The notes below the pieces were generated by a model that saw only the letters and a program-made list of their open reading frames with translations, was not told where the DNA came from and did not search any database. From the IMG/VR virus record IMGVR_UViG_3300010399_000031, positions 1 through 64,000 of that record: 64,000 bases of DNA. One strand, written 5' to 3'. Positions 9,898 through 20,100 of the stretch are shown piece by piece (position 1 is the stretch's first letter; every line of letters begins with the position of its first letter). Made by a program: the position numbers and the translations under genes.

Positions 9898-10441
9898 ATC
9901 CCCTGCGCAAAGTGCGCTGGCGCGATTTACCAAAGCGAGTGACGGGATTGATCACATCAACATTAGTCCCCAAGGTAAGACTGAGTTAGGTGTCTTACTT
10001 GCGCACTTCACGGAAGCACGGTTCACCCATGAATACCTCGGACCGTTCAATTGCATGGAGGGGTACTGGTACTACGTGAAGACAGCCACACCTGACGATA
10101 AGTTACGCTCACTTGTTGGTAAAGCGGCCTATCAATACGGTAAGGGTTTACCCAGCATTCGGCGGCGGTGCTTCCAAGAAATCATCATGGATGGCAATTA
10201 CTTCAAGATCAGTCAGAACCCGAGGATCAAGGAATTGTTCATCGCCTCAACGTTGCCGCTCACGCAGTACTACAACTACGGACCACACGCCATTCCGATC
10301 AACCCAAAGACCGCGCCATGGCTCGTGCAGGATTTTGAAGAGCTTCGCGAGATGTTCAAGGAAGGGATCCAGAAAGAAATCGTCCCTTACAAGGAATATC
10401 AAGAAGTCTTTGCCACGCGCAAGACACCGACGCATAAGTGA
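9884..10441 (+). CDS. divergent NADAR/YbiA-like protein (tentative)
   Basis: ATG at 9884 with GAGGA RBS; LGVLLAHF..FTHEYLGPFNCMEGYWYYVK resembles the NADAR N-terminal LSNF..F.SVEHYYQA.K block. Confidence 0.45.
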   Translation: MTNDKSPAQSALARFTKASDGIDHINISPQGKTELGVLLAHFTEARFTHEYLGPFNCMEGYWYYVKTATPDDKLRSLVGKAAYQYGKGLPSIRRRCFQEIIMDGNYFKISQNPRIKELFIASTLPLTQYYNYGPHAIPINPKTAPWLVQDFEELREMFKEGIQKEIVPYKEYQEVFATRKTPTHK

Positions 10442-10447
10442 AACCGT

Positions 10448-10480
10448 GAGACACCCCAAAGGTGTCTCCTTTCTTTTTTT
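10448..10480 (+). terminator. intrinsic terminator
   Basis: GAGACACC-CCAAA-GGTGTCTC followed by a T-tract. Confidence 0.8.
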
Positions 10481-10490
10481 GTTCTCAATT

Positions 10491-11948
10491 ATGGCAACAA
10501 CTCCGCAATTCACAATGCCGGGTGCGCCGCCTCTTGCGCAACCGACCTTTTTCACTGGGCCGAACGATACATTGGCGGTCCAAAATCCCTATACGGCAGG
10601 TGGCGGTGTTGTCAACGCCATTAAAGATGAACTTAGTAACCTCGGGATTTCTATCCCCGATGTGCTCAAAGGTGGTAAAGCCCTGGCGGGTTTACTCCCG
10701 ATTATCACTGGGTTGAAAAACGGTACTTTACTGACAAACCCGATTAATCTCGTCACCCGTCTTTTAGCATCATCTTCCCAGATTACTTCTGCATTCAAGC
10801 TACTTGGGCCGGATTTGCAAAGTGAATTGACAGCAGGGTTAAAGACGCTTGGTCCTGTTGCCGTGACGCTGGCGGGGGTGACTCAGCAATTAAAAGTTAC
10901 AAATTTTAACAATCTGAATTCGATTGGCAACTTCATTAATAGCTTCACCAATGGTGCAGCAAATTTGGGGATTGTTGATAAAGATTCGATTGCGTCGATC
11001 ATCGGTGGAATTGTCAAGCAAGCCGGGGGATATGGGATCACGGGGACTTTTGGCGCAGTGATGACTGGGATCACTGATTTGGAGGTGATTAATAAGGCAG
11101 CGGGTTTATCTTTGCCTTCGGTTATCTCCAATGGCGACATCGCTTCACTTAGTCAGATTGCATCGTCACTATCTCCTGGTGGGGTGTCGTTGATCAACCC
11201 CTCGGCGCTTTCGCAGTTCGGTTCACTGTACTCGCGTTTAGGATCCATTGGTACAGGTAATGGAAATGCACCGGCCACCGATAGCAGTACGTTTGCCAGC
11301 GTCATGGGTGCGTTTAACAGCGCTAATAGCGCTTGGAATACATGCACCCGCAACGGGTCAACCACGACGGATTTGACGACTTTAACAGGAGTATCGTCAG
11401 ATTTTTCGGATATGATGGGCAACGCCGTGATGACGCTACCTGAGCAAAGTGAACAGCAAGACTACGCGCTGGCTGGCCTTTACGGGGCGCAAGATGTGTC
11501 TTCCTCCATCGCGGAGAACTTCCCAAATGTGGTGCAATCACAAGGGAACTCATCGATCAAAAACACCGGAACGGCTGATCCGCAATCGAACGGATTGCTC
11601 GATAAATTAGCAAGTATCATGCCGGGTTTGTCTTTTGCCAAAGACGGGCAACAAGCCATTGCTCAGCAGCAAGCCACGGATCAGTATTACTCGGCCATGT
11701 CAGAGATCAACAATGGTACGTACGATCCGACCAAATACGGTTTACCCGCTTCACAGTCAAGTAGCAATACAGTCGCCCCGGCTGTACAGACGTCTTCGGC
11801 AAGTACGGTACCAACCGTGACCGATACCTTTGGTAATGAAGTTCCGGTAACAAGTCATATTTTACTTGGGTATACGCCACTGGGTCGTGCCGTCTACTCA
11901 GACGATGGATATATCCCGAAGACGCCGCTCTTTTCTTCACCTCCTTAA
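10491..11948 (+). CDS. putative virion structural protein (G/S/T/A-rich)
   Basis: Likely start ATG 10491 just after the terminator; the track's longer N-terminus overlaps the upstream gene. Confidence 0.65.
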   Translation: MATTPQFTMPGAPPLAQPTFFTGPNDTLAVQNPYTAGGGVVNAIKDELSNLGISIPDVLKGGKALAGLLPIITGLKNGTLLTNPINLVTRLLASSSQITSAFKLLGPDLQSELTAGLKTLGPVAVTLAGVTQQLKVTNFNNLNSIGNFINSFTNGAANLGIVDKDSIASIIGGIVKQAGGYGITGTFGAVMTGITDLEVINKAAGLSLPSVISNGDIASLSQIASSLSPGGVSLINPSALSQFGSLYSRLGSIGTGNGNAPATDSSTFASVMGAFNSANSAWNTCTRNGSTTTDLTTLTGVSSDFSDMMGNAVMTLPEQSEQQDYALAGLYGAQDVSSSIAENFPNVVQSQGNSSIKNTGTADPQSNGLLDKLASIMPGLSFAKDGQQAIAQQQATDQYYSAMSEINNGTYDPTKYGLPASQSSSNTVAPAVQTSSASTVPTVTDTFGNEVPVTSHILLGYTPLGRAVYSDDGYIPKTPLFSSPP

Positions 11949-11953
11949 TTAAT

Positions 11954-11993
11954 GGCATAAATGGGGACTCCTTAAGGAGTCCCCGAATATGCC
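11954..11993. terminator. bidirectional hairpin flanked by GGCATA/TATGCC
   Basis: GGGGACTCC-TTAA-GGAGTCCCC between convergent genes. Confidence 0.75.
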
Positions 11994-11994
11994 G

Positions 11995-14118
11995 TCAGTG
12001 CTCCACACCCTTATAGATCATCGAGGCCAGCCGCGCTGGTGGTGTGTTTCCCATCCAAGAAGCGAAGTGTGCCCACGAAGCCCAGGTTTTAAAGTTGGTC
12101 ATCTGCTTGGTCAAGTTAAGCTTATACTTGCGCCACGGGTAGATTTGATCAGCCAAACCCATTCCACCGAGTACTGCCATGTAATCGGTGAAGATGGTAT
12201 CTTCATCAAACGAGCCTCCTGCAATCGCTCCCAAAGCAAAGCCACCAATCGCACCACCTGCCCCACCAAGTAACCCACCCGCTACAGCCCCGGCAGCAGC
12301 GGCCGAGAAACTGATACCTTGAGTAATTGGCATATGCATGATGCTGGACAAATCCATCACCGTGAACGACACATCGATGGCCATGACGTGACCTTCTCGT
12401 GTAAAACCGAGATTACCTGTTCCTCGGTTAATCGACATATCAGTGACAAGACCCAGCCGGGTCTGACAGCGACCCTTATCGTACAATTCGATAATGAAAG
12501 GAGAAGTGTACGATTGCTTACCCGTGGAAAGCGGCAGCGCCATGGCTAAAAGCATCGCCAACGGGATGTGGATGTTGATCATCTGGCTAAGCGGGTTGCC
12601 ATACGGAGACACCAAATTGATGGTGTAATTCATCCCCTTACCAACACTGGCTGAAGAAGACTCCCAATGTTTCGGGATGTCAATAAAAGCTGCACCCGCC
12701 AAGGCTGCCAACCCCGAAATGTTCAACTGTTCAGCCGCACCCCTTACCACATCCATCGCGCTATTGACCACAGAGCCGAGCAACTTTCCAACTGGTCCAC
12801 CTACGAGATCAAAATTTGCCAAGTCAAACGTAGTCGAGCGAGAAGAACTGGACATCGAATTGATCTTGTTGCCAATTTCCGAATCAGCCACCGAGGAAGA
12901 AAACGATTCCCCAACACTACCCGTTGCATTGACGCGAAAACAAGCGAACTCTGCCCCATCGTCCATTTCAGCTTTAAGAAAAGCACCAAAACCATCATCG
13001 GCTGTCGGAGACGAAACCAGTTGCTCAACGGAGGTATCTGGTTGGGCGGTAAAACCGGTGTTACTGGCGTTGCTTCCGCTATCGCTGTTATCGGTCGCAT
13101 CAGCACTGGAAGCTGGAGGTGAAACCGGTTGGCCTTCTGGGATACCGCCACCTGCAAATTTCCCGTTGGAATCCACGCGCCCGGCAAAACCAGAAAGGTA
13201 GGTACCAAAATCTGGCGGGGTATCTGAGTATGTCTCTTGCATCACTTGCGTAAAAGCTGTGGTCAGGTCCGATTGACCTTCGGAAGCAGCTTGTTCCATG
13301 GCGTTGTAGTAACGATGCTGTAAGCGCATCGCGCGCGTTGCCATGGCATAAACGTTAATTTCGCCGCCCTCGCCAAAGATATTAGGTGAATTTTGCGCAA
13401 ACACCTGACGCGCTTGATCATCCCACTGATAGCCTTGTGACAGATCCAGTAGCGTCGCTTCTTGTGTGGTACCTTGCGAATCAACCGATCCCGTGAAGGT
13501 TTGCGAGCCCGAACCCAGGCGTGGCACAATTCCTCGGTTCACCGCAATCTGGTTGACGATGGTTTGCACCGCGTTCCAGTAAAGCGGCATTGTCGGTTTA
13601 AGGTAATAAAACTTGGAAGCGGGTTTGCCCGCAAAAAAGCGGTATCCCACTCCCAACAAATGGACCGACAAAGGTAGCCAGTTCATCACTGACACTGCAA
13701 AACCAATGGCACGGCCCAGTGCATAGAACGCACCCGTGGCACGCCCTGTGCGTGCCAATTGACCTGCTCCCGTGTTGTAAAAACCGGTGAAGAAGGTGGT
13801 CAAGGAGTTAAACTCCGGCACCCCACAACGAATGAAAATCAACTGACTATTGTCGTCGATGTTTTCACTGTACCAGCGACCCTGTCCTTTACTACCTGTG
13901 AGACGATTGGTTGCAGGGCGCAAATCCGCTGTACGGGTAAATTGAGGCGGGGGGTTAATAGCAAAGTTTCCCCCCAAGGTGGTGTCGGTGAACTTGGTTT
14001 GATTGGTCGAAAAAGTGCGTCTGGCCAAATCACCTGAGGTTGAATCAAGTGCTGAATTGGGAACTGCGAATGATTGACGAATCCAGCTTGTGTCTTTCAC
14101 CATGAATGGGCTAACCAT
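11995..14118 (-). CDS. tail/baseplate protein (phiKZ gp182-like)
   Basis: Directly downstream of the gp181-like gene; GGAG RBS before ATG 14118; DTTLGGNFAINPPPQFT block recalled from phiKZ-like homologues. Confidence 0.75.
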   Translation of the reverse strand: MVSPFMVKDTSWIRQSFAVPNSALDSTSGDLARRTFSTNQTKFTDTTLGGNFAINPPPQFTRTADLRPATNRLTGSKGQGRWYSENIDDNSQLIFIRCGVPEFNSLTTFFTGFYNTGAGQLARTGRATGAFYALGRAIGFAVSVMNWLPLSVHLLGVGYRFFAGKPASKFYYLKPTMPLYWNAVQTIVNQIAVNRGIVPRLGSGSQTFTGSVDSQGTTQEATLLDLSQGYQWDDQARQVFAQNSPNIFGEGGEINVYAMATRAMRLQHRYYNAMEQAASEGQSDLTTAFTQVMQETYSDTPPDFGTYLSGFAGRVDSNGKFAGGGIPEGQPVSPPASSADATDNSDSGSNASNTGFTAQPDTSVEQLVSSPTADDGFGAFLKAEMDDGAEFACFRVNATGSVGESFSSSVADSEIGNKINSMSSSSRSTTFDLANFDLVGGPVGKLLGSVVNSAMDVVRGAAEQLNISGLAALAGAAFIDIPKHWESSSASVGKGMNYTINLVSPYGNPLSQMINIHIPLAMLLAMALPLSTGKQSYTSPFIIELYDKGRCQTRLGLVTDMSINRGTGNLGFTREGHVMAIDVSFTVMDLSSIMHMPITQGISFSAAAAGAVAGGLLGGAGGAIGGFALGAIAGGSFDEDTIFTDYMAVLGGMGLADQIYPWRKYKLNLTKQMTNFKTWASWAHFASWMGNTPPARLASMIYKGVEH

Positions 14119-14199
14119 TTCTTTTTTCTCCAGCGGCATATTTCGAAAAATGAGGAGAATCCCGCCCAATACTTGCGACAGAATTCTCCATTCACACGA

Positions 14200-17100
14200 T
14201 TAAGCGTTAAAGTTAGGCTTAGCCATGGAAACAGGAGAGCGCTTCATCGGTTGCGGCTGAGAAGACGCGGCTTTTCTCGATGCAATGGTGTTTTGCATGC
14301 TATCCGAATCATTACCCGTCGACACTTGTGATGCCCCGGTTTTCTGATCTTGATTCACCGATTGAGCTGCGTACTTCACCAACAGCTGCAATTGCGCCAA
14401 CATCTCTTTCGAGACGCTAAGTTGTTGAGCAGCTAATCCACCATCGGGTAACGTTGCTTGACTGGAGGCTTGCTGAGCACGGCGGGTGGCTAAGAGGTCT
14501 GTTGCACTGCGTGCTGCATCTGGGGAAAATCCTGTCCCCATGGCAGCGCCTGGACCCATCTCCGGAATAGCAAACGGATCTTTCGCACCTGCACCAGTTG
14601 TCCCAGTGCTGGATGAAGAAAGCGGTTTACCATTTCCACCCATTGCATCGAACACCGTGTTCCCGGCACCCAATGCAGCAGCAGCGGCCACCGGCGGCCC
14701 GCTAGAGCCTCCAAAACCCATGGGAGAGCCCGTTCCAACGGACGAACCCACAGGTCTTGAGCCCGGTGCATTAAAGCGATCTGCACCATTATTATCCTTG
14801 GTACTCACCGCTCCTACCGGAGCTGCACCTACACCTGAAGGCGGCTTCCCAGTCGTGCTTCCAGCATCCGAGGCTGTCAACTGCTCCCCACCAGCGGTAC
14901 CAATACCGAATTGTCGACCCTTGTTGGCAACCAACGCATTCAAGTACTGAACCACTTCACCGACGGTACGCTCCCGCTGACCTTCGTAGAAGATATTGCG
15001 GTTCTTTGCAGCTTGTTCTGGTAGAAGTTGGGCGGCGACCTGATTGGGGTTGCCTTTAAGCAGTTTAAGAGCGGTGCCTGCACCAAAGAAGTGCGCTGCG
15101 TACACCTCACCTGCGGTGGGTTGGCGACCCAACCCACGTGACAAGATGTTGATGTTATCTTTGGTGAACTCCGCCCCCATCAGAGCGTTAGCTTTCGGGT
15201 TGGTTCGAGGTGTACCAGGTAAGATGCCATACTTCGATCCATACTTCTTGATCACCTCGTTCCAAGTGCTTGTGATAAACTGATACAACCCCGTTGCCGT
15301 AGAAGTACCCGCTTTCACCGTGGCTTTGAAACCCGATTCAATAGCTGCCATTGTTGCCATCAGCTTCGGATCGACCCCTACCATTTTAGCTGCCGCCAAA
15401 ATGAGATCTTTCAAGGCCGCCCAACTACCGTCACCTTTCGGATCAGGTAAGCTATTGACGCTCCCGCCCGTACCAGAGGAGCTGGCTTGAATTGCTATCC
15501 CTTGCGAGGCTCCAAAGGCTCCTGCACCGGCTGCGTCACTGTAGGACTTACCTACCCCACCGAACGCGTTACCAACCGCATCAGCGGCTCGCCCTAACCA
15601 GTTCTTCTTCCCATCAGCCCCGGTGGTCAACTCGCTCCACTTCTTCGAGAGCCACGACTGCTGAGCGCTTCCCGCTGCACTACCCTTACTGCTATCGCTC
15701 TCGCCTGCCCCTGGTGTGCCTTTAATCTCATCGAGTTTCGTTCTCGTGGCCCGATCTTGCAAGCCCGCGTAGTTTTCATCCGTCGAGGAGACATCAACAT
15801 TGGCCTCATACTTCGGCCACGGCATCTGTGCAACTGACCAGACGCTACCACTCTTACCGCTGGAGGTTCGAATGGCGGCAGCCACATCCAACATTTGGTC
15901 AGCTTTAAGCGCCAGCACCGCTGCACGCGGATCGGTTTTCTTCGCTGTACTGCACACCGCGCTTAGGTAATTCAAGAACGTGGGCAAAAAGCGCAGATTA
16001 AACCAAGCGATCCAACTGTACGCATCAGTTGATGACGGACCATTGACACCAAAAGCTGGGGCTTGCTCCGCAAAGGTTCGTTTAATGTCACCCTTATACG
16101 TCGCGTGGAAATTACTTCCGATGTCAATATCCTTCATGACAGCGTTTTCCAACACGAGCAAAGTTTTCACCTTCTCGATATTCATGTCTTTTAACCCGTA
16201 GGTCTTAAACCGAATCGTCGAGAGACCATCAAGCGTAGCGCCCGTGGTCAGGTGAGCGGCATCAAAATTACCCTTCATGGTGATAAGCGAACCCGCAGCG
16301 GATGCACCCGCTTGAGCACCGGCAGCCGTACCAGCCAAATCTTTCAGCGGTTGCCAGTTGGTACTCTTACCTTTAAGTCCCAGTCCTTGCGCCGTGGTGG
16401 CCTCGGCTTGAACTTCAGCCACCGTTTTAACCTTAGGCATGGAGGCAGGCTCTTTGGCAGCATCGGGATCGCTTTTGACTTTCGACTCGATAGAAGCCAT
16501 GAGGGTTTTGGCGTACTGCGCGACATCCGCATCGCTGGTCTCTAGACCATCCATGTGGGGAAAAGGCGCCGTCATGTACTTATACGGTCCACCCGGATAG
16601 CTTGCCACTTGCACATACATCTTCTTTTGCGCAGGTTTAAAGCTCTCCACATCGCGCAAGCTTTTGGCTTGCTCAGACACGCGCCGCATCGCTTGCATGT
16701 GTACCAAGAACACCGGTTTAAAGCGCAGGCTAAACCATTGCAACCATTTAGTCTTTTGCTCCTTATCGCCGATATCCACCCCAAAAGGAGAAAGCAAATC
16801 CTCTTCCTTTAACCCTTTGTTGGTGAGTGTAGGAACACCACTGACGTGGAACTGAACATTGGGTTCCAGCATGTCTTCGAGTTTGAAGATCGCGTCGGCA
16901 TGAGCCTCGTCTTTCGGCGAGAAGCCGTACTGGATATAGCGCAGGTTAGAAAGCTCGGTTAGCTTTTTGCGCTTAGCGTACTTATAGAGCTTGTAAGCTC
17001 CGTAAGCACCGGCTGCCAGCAAACCTGCCCCGATCAGAACCGGTGCGCCAACTGCACCCAAAATCGCACCACCCAAACCCAGTGCACCACCTTCAATCCC

Positions 17101-20100
17101 CATCAACCCAGCTGCGGTAGACGCTAGACCATAGCCCGTGATCGCGGTGCCAGCCGTGTTTAAGGCCGAACCGATCCCGTGGTGTCCATGGGTGTTAGCA
17201 TAGTGGGCAGCCAAATCGACACCTAAACCCAACCCCAGACCACCACCGGCTTTAGCCAACCCGAGTGCACCACGACCGAGCATACTACCAAACCTTAGGC
17301 CGTTTTTGGTCAGATCCCGAGCAAGCCAAGGTACACCCTTGGTGACACCCAACTTAGTGGCACCCCAAAGTCCGCGAGCACCCAGTCTCAAACCAGCCCC
17401 CAAGCCGCGACCCAGCATCCCAAAACCACGACCGGCCAAGCGAGCGGTAGAGACGTTTCCGGCTCGGTTCAACTCGTAAAGACTACCTGCACCCTTCCAC
17501 GCGGCGCTCCCGCCTCTTTTCAGAAGTGACAAAATACGACCGCGTACCTGTTTGCCCAACCCCACCGCTTCAGCCGCTTTCCCTCCATGCAGGGCGTCAG
17601 CTGCCAATGCTTCGGCTTCTTCAGCTGAGAGGCCCGCTGCGCGCGCTGCTTGCAAAATCTCTTCCGCCTCATGGGCGGCTTTGATTCCTTTGGCTGCACG
17701 CATCGCCTCCATGGTGCCAACTAATCCACCTTGACCGGCCATGCGGGCGGCATTAGCGGCTTTGAGCAGATCACCACTGGCTTCCAAACCTTTACCAGCA
17801 AGTCGACCACCGCCACGCAATGCTCCCCATATGCCGCGACCTGCACCGCGCAAAAGCTTTCCTCCTGGAATCAGCGTCAAAGCATCCAAAGCGTAACCGC
17901 CGTAGTTGGCCAGAGTCGAACCCAAACCCCCAGCTTTTTCCTCAGCAGTAGCGCCTGCTTTACGCTGACGCCATGCGTCTCGCAGTGCTTTAAGACCAGC
18001 AGCGCCGGCTCCAAAGATCGAAAACCCGCTCGCACCGAGCTTTTGCTCAGCAGCACGCTCCGCATCAGCGGCGGATTCTCCGTGCGCCACTGTCCCGGCT
18101 ACGCCGTGTTTAACTTCATCCTCGTAGCTGCCTTCTCGGATGCCGTCCCCGTTGACATCACCCAAAGTACGGCGTCGTCTTGGCAGCCGTTCTTTAAGCA
18201 AATCACGGATCTCGGTCAAGCGCTCGATGATGGTTTTACCACCTGAGAATGCAATCCCATCAACCTTAAACCAGTTCTTAAAGCCCGCCCATTTGCCAGA
18301 GAGAAACTCTTTGGCCATGTTCCAACCGTTTTGCACCTTTTGGAACGCCATTTGCATGGTATCCTTCCCAAACTGCATCAGGCGCAACTTACCGGTAAGG
18401 AGCGGGCGACCGAAGCGATCGCACAAACCAACCCGCAGGTGATTGTCAGTGAGGACTTGCTCGCCTTTCAGATCCATCACAGGACCATCGATATCGGCCG
18501 GCGTCATGACGTATTTATCCGGACGGTGAACCGAACGATACCCTTTTGCCCGCATCACAATGGCTTGGAGTTTCGGGTTCTTAAGATCATCCAGGGTGAA
18601 CACATCTTGAGCGTCTAAGTATTCTTGAGCTTTATGCAAACCCGTACGCACCGCCCCGTAAGCCGAGAGGGTGCCAGAACGCGCTTGGGTGAAAAGTTCT
18701 TTACCCTTATCGAGGAGCCAGTTTTTGGCGGCGAGCAACTTCTTTCCAGCCGTGGTGCGAATAAACGCTTTAGCGGCTTGTTGGGGGTCAAGGATGATGT
18801 TACCCAATTCATCGTAGACGGCACCCTTAATCTCTTTCCACGAATGAATCACCTTGCGCTTGGCATCAGTGATGGGGCCATCGTAGTAAAGACCCGCTTT
18901 AAATCCCCACGCTGTTAAGCGTGGTTTCAGCTCGCCGTCGATATAGACTTCTTTCATGTCCTCCCATTTGTCTTTAGCCGATTGCCACCAGCTTCCGACT
19001 TTGTTGGTTATATTGTCCCAGTGCTCATGACGCTTACCCCATTGGGCGGTACCCCAACCCGGTTGCTTCCACCACTGCCAAGCGCGCTGACCCAACCCTT
19101 TGAGATGCTCTTGCCCCATACGCCAATTCTGACGCAGTGAACGATCCAACACACCGGGACCACCCGGACCCCCAGGGCGAGGTTCACCCATCATTCCCAT
19201 CCCGCCGACGTCACCACCGTTATAGACGAGGACGCCGCGTTGGATTTCTTCTTCGATACGCAAAAGCGTTTGATTGACCTTCTCTAACATCGAGAGGCTA
19301 TTGTTCGCCTTAATCGCATCGATCACTTCGGTGAAGTTTTGTCCACCAGCCGTGCTACGATCGTAACTAGCTTCGTAAGAAGGCGCTGCGTTAAAAACAT
19401 TGGTGGTAGCGTGACGCGTGCCTGCTCCACGCATTCCTGCTTGAGCCGCACCGCCGCGTTTGCGAGACGCGCGCCGCAAGGCACTGCGCATACCTTGCTC
19501 AGGGCTGTACTGGTTATCCAGGTGATAGTTGGCAATCCGATCGATGTCGATATTGCCGAACTTGTCCACAAGACCTAAACTCTTTACTTCGTCAAGCAGC
19601 CCGGCGTTGACGAGGTCTTGAATATCCTCGCGTGCCAGTTTAATGCCTTGGCCAATGGCGGTGTGTTTAGTAGCAAACTGAACACGCTTGCTGTAGTCTC
19701 GATCACTGTCTTTACCATAGCGCCCGGCGAAGTGATTGGCCAATTCAGTGCTGTGACCAAAGTGATGGTTAAACGCATCGGTATATTGCTCAGTGGAACC
19801 CGAGCGGTTGTACAGATTGTCACGCAACAGTTGCTTGCGCAACGCTGCCCGTGCACCAACAGAGAGCTTTTTGTCAGGATCAATTTCGTTAAGCAACCCC
19901 TCCATGTCGGAGTTCAGCATCTGGCTACTGCTCTTATCGATCACGGTTTCAAAGAGCTTTTTACGCACCGCACTTTTGGCACTGAACTTATTGGACATAA
20001 AGTCGTAGTGCGTCAGTTCAATGCCTTCGTTACCAGTTCGCATCACCTGCAATTCGCGAAAGATCCGAGCGAGGTAGCCCGGAATGACTTCCGTGATCGA

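Noticed and set aside
10113-10490. N-terminal extension of the 611-aa track ORF as a frameshift fusion
   Set aside because: It overlaps the upstream gene and crosses a strong terminator. The extensions at 44125, 34595 and 57371 likewise overlap upstream genes or terminators.
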